DNA from: Phycisphaerales bacterium JB060
GTDB taxonomy: Bacteria > Planctomycetota > Phycisphaerae > Phycisphaerales > UBA1924
DNA length: 64,000 nucleotides
Direction of reading: 5' to 3'
Assembly: GCA_044440025.1 (NCBI GenBank)
Contig: JBITAF010000033.1
Location: 702 to 64,701, forward strand
The position numbers and the translations under genes were made by a program. Below are positions 56,821 through 64,000 of the stretch, one piece after another (position 1 is the stretch's first letter; each line of letters starts with the position of its first letter). Below the pieces are notes generated by a model. It was given only the letters and a program-made list of their open reading frames with translations, was not told where the DNA came from and did not search any database.

Positions 56821-59760
56821 ATGCCCGTGCGCCGACTGCTGGAGCCGCTGGCGTCGCTGCGACTGACCGTCGTGCTGCTGGCGCTGTCGATGGTGCTGAT
56901 CTTCGTGGGCACGCTTGCCCAGACGCGGGTGGGCGTGTGGGAGGCGGTGGACTCGTACTTCCGCGGCTTCGTGGCGTGGGTGGACCTGTCGCTGTTCGTG
57001 CCCGAGGCTGGGGGCGCGGTGCCGATGCCCGGCGGGGCGACGCTGGGGGTGCTGCTGCTGGTGAACCTGGTGGCGGCGCACGCGGTGCGCTTCAAGCTGT
57101 CGTGGCGACGCGTGGGCATGATCCTCATCCACGGCGGGCTGATCGTGCTGCTGGCCGGCGAGTTCGCTGCGGCGTGGCTGGCCGACGAGGGGCTGATGGC
57201 CATCGACGAGGGGGCCACGAGCCAGTACTACGAGGACGTGCGCTCGGTCGAGCTGGCGGTGATCGATCCGTCGCCGGAGGGTGAGGACCGGGTGGTGACG
57301 GTGCCGGCGTCGATGCTGCGCTCGGCGGTGGACGGCGAGGCGATTGCGCATGCGTCGCTGCCGTTCGAGGTCGAGGTGCTGCGGTGGATGCCCAACGCGC
57401 GGCTGCTGCGTGGCGATGGGCCCGATGCGCCCTCGGTGGCGGATCGCGGCGTGGGGCTCGAGGCGGTGGCGCAGCAGCGGCCGCCGGTGCGGGGGGTCGA
57501 TGGTGCGCAGAGCGATGCGCCCGCGGCGTACGTGCGGCTGACGCGCGATGGTGAAGACCTGGGGACGTGGCTGGTATGGGCCGGGCTGGTGGGCTCGCAG
57601 CGCGTGGCGGTCGATGGCCAGCACTACGGCCTGGCGCTGCGGTACGCGCGGACGTACCTGCCCTATCGCCTGACGCTGCACGACTTCCGCCACGACACGT
57701 TCACGGGGACCAGCATCGCGCGGAACTTCTCGAGCGACGTGCGGCTGGTGGATGAGGGGCGGGGGGTTGATCGGGACGTCCGCATCTGGATGAACAACCC
57801 GCTGCGCTACCGCGGGGCGACGTTCTATCAGGCGTCGTACAAGCCCGACGGCAACGGGACGGGATTGCAGGTGGTGCGCAACCCCGGGGCGGCGTTGCCG
57901 TACGTGGCGTGCGGGCTGGTGTCGGCCGGGCTGCTGCTGCACTTCTCCCTGGCGATGACCACCTACCTGCGCCGGCGCGGCAAGCGGCTGGCCAGGGAGG
58001 GCGCGCCGGGGGCGCGGCGCTCGGCGTGGGGGTCGATCTGGCCGTGGGCGGTGGGCGTGCTGGGGGTTGGGCTCGCGTTGGCGGCGCTGGCGCGGCCGGT
58101 GGGCTATGGCGATTACGATCTGGACACGTTCGGGCGGCTGCCGGTCTCGGCCGGCGGGCGGATCAAGCCGATGGACACGGCGGCCCGGCACGCCCTGATG
58201 GTCGCTGGCGGTCGGCAGTCGGTGGGCGGGCGGGAGCCGATGCCGGCGGTGGCGTACCTGGCCGGGCTGGTGGCCAACCCCGAGACGGTGGCCCACCTGC
58301 CGGTGGTGCGCGTGGACCACCCCGGCGTGCTGGCGCTGCTGGAGCTGGCGCCCGAGGACGGCGGGCGGCTTGGACTGGATGCGATCGAGCCGCACTGGCA
58401 GACGGTGGCCGAGCAGGCCCACCGGGCGATGGACATCGACGCGAAGCGGCGCGATCCGTTCCAGCGGGCGGTGCTCGGGCTCTATACGGCCGTCGACACG
58501 CTGCTGGCCCATGCGCAGCTGCGCGAGCCGTTCGTCGTGCCGCCGCTGGGTCCCGATGGCCAGTGGCGCAGCTTCCACGGGGTGCTGGTCGGCGACGACC
58601 CGTTCGGCCGGGGGGCTTCGCCCGAGGACGTGCACCCCACCGTGGCGTACATGGTCGCCATGATGACCGCCTACGGCGAGGGCGACGCGGCGGGCTTCAA
58701 CGACGCGGCGGCGGGCTACGAGGCGCTGCTGCGAGACTCGATGCCCGGGGTGATGCGGAAGATGGACATCGAGATCATCTTCAACCGGGCCCGGCCGTTC
58801 GTGGGGACCGCGTCGGTGTACGTGCTGGCGTTCGTGCTGCTGTGTGGGTCGCTGCTGATGCGGGCGCGCGCGGGCGACCACGTGGCGGACAGGAGCGAGC
58901 CCTTGCGGCGCTCGGCGGTGGCGCTCTTGTGGGGCGGGCTGCTGGTGCACACGGCGGCCATCGCGGTGCGGATCTATCTGCAGGACCGCCCGCCGGTGAC
59001 GAACCTGTACTCGTCGGCCATCTTCGTGGGGTGGGCGTCGGTGCTGTTCGCGCTGGTGCTCGAGAAGCTGCAGCCGCTGGGCGTGGCGGCGCTGGGGGCG
59101 GCCAGCGTGGGCTTCGCGACGCTGGTGGTGGCGCACAACTTAGGCGACGACGGCGACACGATGCAGATGATGCAGGCGGTGCTGGACAGCAACTTCTGGC
59201 TGGCCACGCACGTGGTGACCATCACGCTGGGCTACTCGGCGACGTTCCTGGCCGGGGCGCTGGGCGCCTTGTATCTCGTGCTGGGCGTGTTCACGAGGCT
59301 GCTGACGCGCGAGCGGGCCCGGGCGCTGGGGCGGATGGTGTACGGCGTGGTGTGCTTCGCGCTCTTGTTGAGCTTCGTGGGCACGGTGCTGGGGGGCATC
59401 TGGGCCGACCAGAGCTGGGGCCGCTTCTGGGGGTGGGACCCCAAAGAGAACGGGGCGGCGCTTGTTGTGCTGCTCAACGCGATTATTTTGCACGCGCGGT
59501 GGGGCGGGATGGTCCGTGCGCGGGGCGTCATGGTGCTGGCGGTGGCGGGCAACATCGTGACGGCGTGGAGCTGGTTTGGCACCAACATGCTGGGGGTGGG
59601 GCTGCACTCGTACGGATTCATGGACTCGGCGGCGATGGTGCTGATCGGTTTCGTGGCGGCGCAGTTCGTGCTTATGTCGCTGGGGCTGCTGCCGACGCGG
59701 GCGTGGCGCAGCCCAGTTGACATGGCGTCTCAACGAGAGCCCGCTGGGGATGTGGCGTAG
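56821..59760 (+). CDS. ccsBA: Fused system II cytochrome c synthase CcsBA (ResB-like plus CcsA)
   Basis: N-terminal ResB-like region LRLTVVLLALSMVLIFVGTLAQ. C-terminal CcsA WWD motif WGRFWGWDPKENGA. 979 aa. Confidence 0.9.
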   Translation: MPVRRLLEPLASLRLTVVLLALSMVLIFVGTLAQTRVGVWEAVDSYFRGFVAWVDLSLFVPEAGGAVPMPGGATLGVLLLVNLVAAHAVRFKLSWRRVGMILIHGGLIVLLAGEFAAAWLADEGLMAIDEGATSQYYEDVRSVELAVIDPSPEGEDRVVTVPASMLRSAVDGEAIAHASLPFEVEVLRWMPNARLLRGDGPDAPSVADRGVGLEAVAQQRPPVRGVDGAQSDAPAAYVRLTRDGEDLGTWLVWAGLVGSQRVAVDGQHYGLALRYARTYLPYRLTLHDFRHDTFTGTSIARNFSSDVRLVDEGRGVDRDVRIWMNNPLRYRGATFYQASYKPDGNGTGLQVVRNPGAALPYVACGLVSAGLLLHFSLAMTTYLRRRGKRLAREGAPGARRSAWGSIWPWAVGVLGVGLALAALARPVGYGDYDLDTFGRLPVSAGGRIKPMDTAARHALMVAGGRQSVGGREPMPAVAYLAGLVANPETVAHLPVVRVDHPGVLALLELAPEDGGRLGLDAIEPHWQTVAEQAHRAMDIDAKRRDPFQRAVLGLYTAVDTLLAHAQLREPFVVPPLGPDGQWRSFHGVLVGDDPFGRGASPEDVHPTVAYMVAMMTAYGEGDAAGFNDAAAGYEALLRDSMPGVMRKMDIEIIFNRARPFVGTASVYVLAFVLLCGSLLMRARAGDHVADRSEPLRRSAVALLWGGLLVHTAAIAVRIYLQDRPPVTNLYSSAIFVGWASVLFALVLEKLQPLGVAALGAASVGFATLVVAHNLGDDGDTMQMMQAVLDSNFWLATHVVTITLGYSATFLAGALGALYLVLGVFTRLLTRERARALGRMVYGVVCFALLLSFVGTVLGGIWADQSWGRFWGWDPKENGAALVVLLNAIILHARWGGMVRARGVMVLAVAGNIVTAWSWFGTNMLGVGLHSYGFMDSAAMVLIGFVAAQFVLMSLGLLPTRAWRSPVDMASQREPAGDVA

Positions 59761-59837
59761 ACGGATCGGGGTTGTCGATCTAGCCTGACGATGGCCGCGC
59801 GTGGCTGGCGGCACGAATCGAGCTCGAAGGGGAGGCC

Positions 59838-60359
59838 ATGTCGACGACGGCGGGCAACCGATCATCGCAGGATGGCCGCCGCGCGTGGCGGCGCGGCCTG
59901 CTGGCCCAGCTCGGTTTTCTGCCGATCGCCGTGGCGGTGGTCGTGGGCATGCTGGCGGGGATCGGGGCGTTCACCTTCGGGTACGGCGAGGGCTGGGCGT
60001 ACCTGTCCAACGATCCCGCCGCGTGCGCCAACTGCCACGTGATGCAGGACCACTACGACGCGTGGCAGCACTCCAGCCACCACGCCGTGGCCACGTGCAA
60101 CGACTGCCACCTGCCCCACGACTTCGTGGGCAAGTGGGTGACCAAGGCCGACAACGGTTTTTTTCACTCGCTGGCGTTCACCACCGGGGGGTTCCACGAG
60201 CCCATCCAGATCAAGCCTCGAAACGCGCGGGTGACCCAGGGCGCGTGCCTGCACTGCCATAGCGACTTCGTGCACACCATGCTGCCGGCCGAGGCGGGCG
60301 GCGACATGCTCTCGTGCGTGCGGTGCCACAGCGACGTGGGGCACGACGAGCGTGACTGA
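59838..60359 (+). CDS. nrfH: Tetraheme NapC/NirT-family quinol dehydrogenase NrfH
   Basis: N-terminal TM segment and four CXXCH motifs (CANCH, CNDCH, CLHCH, CVRCH). Confidence 0.9.
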   Translation: MSTTAGNRSSQDGRRAWRRGLLAQLGFLPIAVAVVVGMLAGIGAFTFGYGEGWAYLSNDPAACANCHVMQDHYDAWQHSSHHAVATCNDCHLPHDFVGKWVTKADNGFFHSLAFTTGGFHEPIQIKPRNARVTQGACLHCHSDFVHTMLPAEAGGDMLSCVRCHSDVGHDERD

Positions 60360-60411
60360 CCGTGACCGAGCAAAACCGAACACGACCGACCGTGACGAAC
60401 GGAGACACACC

Positions 60412-62094
60412 ATGAGCGACACCCAGCCAACCCAACCCGACGCCCGGCGGGTGCGCGCCCGCCGGTTCTTCCTGTTCGGCTCGGTGCTGGCGGCGTCGGC
60501 GGTGGCCATGTTCGTGGTCACCATCGTGCTGGTGACGATGTTCCAGCACAAGCAGGACGCGCGCACGCCGTTCATCCGCGTGGTGGAGGTCGACGAGGCC
60601 ACCACCGACCCCAGGCCCTGGGGGCTCAACTGGCCCCACCAGTACGACGGGTACATGCGCACGGCCGAGGGCGTGCAGCACGGCGGCTCGAGCGCGCTGG
60701 CGGCCAGCAAGCTGGAGGAGAGCCCCTGGCTGCGGCGGCTGTACGCGGGCTACGCCTTCAGCCTGGACTACCGCGAGGCCCGCGGGCACGCGTACATGCT
60801 GTACGACCAGACGGCCACCGAGCGGGTGACCAGGCGCCAGCAGAGCGGGGCGTGCCTGCACTGCCACGCGTCGAACACCGTGGCGTACCGTCGGGTGGGG
60901 CTGGAGGCGATGGGGCTGGACGCCTCCGACGAGGCGCTGGCGGCCGAGTTCAACATGCCCGCCGTCATCCGCGGGTTCGAGGAGGTCAGCCGCAGGCCCT
61001 ACCACGAGGTGCTGGCGATCCTGGCCCAGTCGCCCGATGGCACGCCCGACAACGACGCGCCGCTGCACCCGCGGCTGGACCAGCCCAATGAGTTGGAGAC
61101 GCCCGCGGGGCACATCGACCTGGGCAACGCCCACCCGGTGAGCTGCATCGATTGCCACGACCCGCAGACGATGGCCATCCGCGTGACGCGGCCGGGGTTC
61201 ATGCAGGGCATTGGCGCGCTGGCGGCCAGCGACGAGCCGGTGCCGCACATGCCCAGCATCGACCGCTGGCGCCAGGGGAGCCGCGACGAGCCGTACGACC
61301 CCAACGCCCTGGCCACGCGGCAGGAGATGCGCTCGTTCGTGTGCGGGCAGTGCCACGTGGAGTACTACTGCGCCGACAAGATGACGCTGACCTTCCCCTG
61401 GGGCAACGGCCTGAGGGTCGAGCAGATCGAGCGGTTCTGGGACGAGACGACCTTCCCCGATGATGGCGCGGGCTTCTACGACTACGCCCACGGCGAGACC
61501 GGGGCGAAGCTGTACAAGGCCCAGCACCCCGAGTTCGAGCTGTGGGCCCAGGGCGTCCACGCGGCCAACGGGGTGAGCTGCGCCGACTGCCACATGCCCT
61601 ACGAGCGCCAGGGCGCGATGAAGGCCAGCAGCCACCACGTGCAGAGCCCGCTGCTGAATGTCAACAACGCGTGCCAGCAGTGCCACAACATCCCCGAAAG
61701 CGAGATCATCGCCAACGTGCGGACGATCCAGGACCGCACGGTGGCGCTCATGGAGCGGGCCGCGGGCGCGATGACCGACATGCTCGACGCGGTGATGGAG
61801 GCCAAGGCCGCCGGCGCGACCGAGGAGCAGCTCGCGCCGGTGTACGAGATGCAGCGCAAGGCGATGTGGCGGCTGGACTACATCTCCAGCGAGAACAGCA
61901 AGGGCTTCCACGCCAGCCAGGAGGCCGCCCGCATCCTGGGCGAGAGCATCGACTACAGCCGCCGGGCCCAGGCCATGGCCCTGCGGCTGCGGGCCCCCGA
62001 GGCCCCCAGCACCGAGGGCATCCCCACCGAGGGCGTGCAGGGCGTGACGCCCGCGGGCGAGGCGCCGATCGAGGGGGCGGTGGAGCCGGGGTGA
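60412..62094 (+). CDS. nrfA: Pentaheme cytochrome c nitrite reductase NrfA (all five motifs CXXCH)
   Basis: CLHCH, CIDCH, CGQCHVEYY, CADCH and CQQCH, plus KAQHPEFELW. GGAGA RBS before ATG 60412. Confidence 0.9.
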   Translation: MSDTQPTQPDARRVRARRFFLFGSVLAASAVAMFVVTIVLVTMFQHKQDARTPFIRVVEVDEATTDPRPWGLNWPHQYDGYMRTAEGVQHGGSSALAASKLEESPWLRRLYAGYAFSLDYREARGHAYMLYDQTATERVTRRQQSGACLHCHASNTVAYRRVGLEAMGLDASDEALAAEFNMPAVIRGFEEVSRRPYHEVLAILAQSPDGTPDNDAPLHPRLDQPNELETPAGHIDLGNAHPVSCIDCHDPQTMAIRVTRPGFMQGIGALAASDEPVPHMPSIDRWRQGSRDEPYDPNALATRQEMRSFVCGQCHVEYYCADKMTLTFPWGNGLRVEQIERFWDETTFPDDGAGFYDYAHGETGAKLYKAQHPEFELWAQGVHAANGVSCADCHMPYERQGAMKASSHHVQSPLLNVNNACQQCHNIPESEIIANVRTIQDRTVALMERAAGAMTDMLDAVMEAKAAGATEEQLAPVYEMQRKAMWRLDYISSENSKGFHASQEAARILGESIDYSRRAQAMALRLRAPEAPSTEGIPTEGVQGVTPAGEAPIEGAVEPG

Positions 62095-62125
62095 CCGGCA
62101 TCTGGGGCGCTCGGGGAATGGTCCC

Positions 62126-62291
62126 GGGGCTTCCGGAAACGTTCCGGGGGGCTCCCCGAAGAGTTCCGGGGCTTCCGCGGAAGGGTTCGGGGACGCCGGG
62201 AAAGGTTCCGGGGCTTCCGGGAATGTTCCGGGGAGCTCCCCGGAAGGCTTGGGGGCTTCCGGGGAAGGCTTCCGGCGTCCCCGGGAGGGCC
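62126..62291. repeat. Tandem array with a 20-22 bp period (about 8 units) carrying short GC palindromes
   Basis: Units of the type GGGGCTTCCGGRAANGTTCC. Palindromes seen: TTCCGGAA, TTCCGCGGAA and GGGGAGCTCCCC. Confidence 0.8.
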
Positions 62292-62335
62292 TTTCGCGCA
62301 GGTCTTGCGCGTTGGGGCGGGGGCTGGGGGGCCTT

Positions 62336-62503
62336 CCGGTGCGCGCACCGAAGGGCGTGCGCAGGTGCGGGAACGTCCCGGTGCGCGCACCCGAGGCTTA
62401 CGCAGCTGCGAAAACGTTCCGGTGCGCGCACCGAAGGGCTTGCGCAACTGCGGGAACGTTCCGGTGCGCGCACCGGAAGGCTCACGCAGCTGCGGAAATC
62501 GTC
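62336..62503. repeat. Tandem array of a 42-bp unit, 4 copies, each with the 12-bp palindrome GGTGCGCGCACC
   Basis: Units at 62336, 62378 (41 bp), 62419 and 62461. Consensus CCGGTGCGCGCACCGAAGGGCTTGCGCAGCTGCGGGAACGTT. Confidence 0.9.
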
Positions 62504-62596
62504 TCCACCCGCCCCCACGGCCCCCCAGCCCCGATTCCATATCCGGACGCGCAGGGTTTGCGCGGGGGGTGGGGTGTCCCGGGGGTATGGGCGAAT

Positions 62597-62616
62597 ATTT
62601 CAGATATTTTTGAAAT
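62597..62616. promoter_or_regulatory. AT-rich inverted repeat upstream of the GbsR/MarR-like gene (candidate operator/promoter)
   Basis: ATTTCA-GATATTTT-TGAAAT is the only AT-rich patch in an otherwise GC-rich spacer. Confidence 0.35.
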
Positions 62617-62657
62617 CAATGGTGGACCCAGCGGCCATCGAGCGCGATACTGGGGGT

Positions 62658-63254
62658 ATGGACCCCGTCCCAGGACCCACCAGCGACCCCACCGACGACC
62701 TGCGGGAGGCACAAGACACCTTCATCGCCGCGTGGGGGCAGATGGCCGGGGCCTGGGGCATCAGCCGCACCATGGCCGAGGCCCACGCCCTGCTCTTCGT
62801 CACCGGCCGGGCCCTGAACACCGACGAGGTGATGGAGCGGCTCCAGATCTCGCGCGGCAACGCGTCGATGTCGCTGCGGGCGCTCCTCGAGTGGGGCATC
62901 GTCAGCAAGGCCCACAAGCGCGGCGACCGCAAGGAGTACTTCCAGGCCGAGCAGGACGTATGGGCCATGTTCCGCGCCATCGTGCGCGAGCGATTGAAGC
63001 GCGAGGTCGAGCCGCTGATCGCCCAGCTCCACGAGATCCGCGACCTGACGGGCATCAAGCAGGAGGCGGCGAAGAAGCGGGCCATCAAGAGCACGTCCAG
63101 GGCCGCCGGCCAGGCCGACCTGGACGAGCATAATGCCCGGCTCGACGAGCTGGTGGACTTCTTCGTGACCGTCGACCAGCTCGGCCAGCGCTTCGCCAGC
63201 CCCCAGGGACGCGGGCTGCGCGTGGCCGCCAAGATGCTGGCGAAGGTGACGTGA
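62658..63254 (+). CDS. GbsR/MarR-family winged-helix transcriptional regulator
   Basis: LQISRGNASMSLRALLEWGIVSKAHKRGDRKEYFQAEQDVW matches the GbsR-type wHTH pattern. ATG 62619 is an alternative start. Confidence 0.8.
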   Translation: MDPVPGPTSDPTDDLREAQDTFIAAWGQMAGAWGISRTMAEAHALLFVTGRALNTDEVMERLQISRGNASMSLRALLEWGIVSKAHKRGDRKEYFQAEQDVWAMFRAIVRERLKREVEPLIAQLHEIRDLTGIKQEAAKKRAIKSTSRAAGQADLDEHNARLDELVDFFVTVDQLGQRFASPQGRGLRVAAKMLAKVT

Positions 63255-63405
63255 TGGAGCGGATCCGGACACCATGACCACCGCGCACACGAGCACGGGT
63301 TTCGAGCGCCGCGTCCGACGCGGGCGGCCACCGCGCGCGGCGTGCCTGCGTCTGTGCTGGTCGGTCTCGCCAAGCGCCCTTGGTCGGACGGGCCGCGGGC
63401 CGCTG

Positions 63406-63696
63406 ATGGTCGAGCTCGAACTCCGCGAATCCCAGCCCGCGCGCGTGACCCTGAATGGCGAGGCGTACGAGCCCGCGGCCGCCTGGGCGAGCGCCTGGGA
63501 CGGCACGCTGGCCATCGGCCGGGTGGGATCGGGCCAGGGCGAGGGCCTGGTCATCGCCCAGGCGCTGCCGCTGGCGGTGGTGGTGCTGGAAGTCGACGAT
63601 GCGGAGCGGCCGCTGCATGTGGCGTGCGATCTGCCGAGGGTGCTCGGCCTGGCGGGCGGCCGCTACGAGCTGGTCGCCGGCGGGCTGATGGGCTAG
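63406..63696 (+). CDS. Hypothetical protein (weak call)
   Basis: ORF in the only gap-filling frame after the regulator. No motif recognised. Start uncertain (63274 or 63406). Confidence 0.3.
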   Translation: MVELELRESQPARVTLNGEAYEPAAAWASAWDGTLAIGRVGSGQGEGLVIAQALPLAVVVLEVDDAERPLHVACDLPRVLGLAGGRYELVAGGLMG

Positions 63697-64000
63697 CACC
63701 CAGCGTCGAACGCCGTCTGGAACGCCAGGAAGTCGAAGATCGTCAGCTCGCCGTCGCCGTCAAAGTCGGCGAGCATGTCGCCGGCGTCGAAGAGGTTCTG
63801 GAAGGTGAGGAAGTCGAAGATGGTGAGGGCGCCGTCGGCGTCGAGGTCGGCCGGGCAGATCAGGCAGCGCACGTCGTACGCGTAGGCCGCGCCGTATCGC
63901 GTGTAATCCGGGTCCAGCACGTACGCCTCGGGCGCGCCGATCACGATGCGGTCGCCCTCGACCGCGCTGATGAAGCCGAAGGCGGTGGCCTCGGGGTGCG
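63693..64000 (-). CDS. Secreted repeat protein with a C-terminal GC-type dockerin domain; 5' end outside the window
   Basis: The frame stays open to the window edge (…GDRIVIGAPEAYVLDP…). C-terminus DLDADGALTIFDFLTFQNLFDAG and DFDGDGELTIFDFLAFQTAFDAGC. Confidence 0.8.
   Translation of the reverse strand, partial: HPEATAFGFISAVEGDRIVIGAPEAYVLDPDYTRYGAAYAYDVRCLICPADLDADGALTIFDFLTFQNLFDAGDMLADFDGDGELTIFDFLAFQTAFDAGC

Overview
Very GC-rich bacterial chromosomal segment with many long antisense shadow ORFs in the track. It is probably Planctomycetota, Phycisphaerae-like. This is an inference from two proteins ending in a GC-type dockerin (DxDGDGxLTIFDFLxFQNxFxxGC), a prepilin-type DUF1559-like protein, and Lys/Pro-rich N-terminal tails. 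I support about 60 CDS, one tRNA-Ser(GCU), several hairpin terminators and four tandem-repeat arrays. Core genes include der, truA, phhA, ppdK, pabB plus a Nudix gene, an LPS-type sugar cluster (GT2, an HldE-like gene with swapped domains, GT4), bamA, pyrC, map, elbB, PDH E1-beta and E2, uvrC, an FecBCD-type ABC importer, and a ccsBA-nrfH-nrfA nitrite-ammonification operon. Three things stand out. (1) Phage-derived packaging and head genes sit in two separate loci. Portal, scaffold and capsid are at 0.6-3.8 kb on the minus strand. About 47 kb away on the plus strand is a CI/LexA-like repressor divergent from an overlap-coupled operon: tandem sigma-r4 HTH protein, soluble ABC-type ATPase, GNAT, large terminase. 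I saw no integrase, replication, tail or lysis genes in the window. The layout fits either an inversion-split prophage or a dispersed GTA-like domesticated system. (2) Two tandem divergent UDG-superfamily-like paralogs lie next to that repressor. (3) Intergenic tandem arrays have a 21/42-bp period (two or four helical turns). Two related palindrome-bearing arrays bracket the nrf operon, and a third array lies between the 3' ends of the aldo/keto reductase gene and pyrC. All calls come from reading the sequence and the supplied translations; no searches were run.
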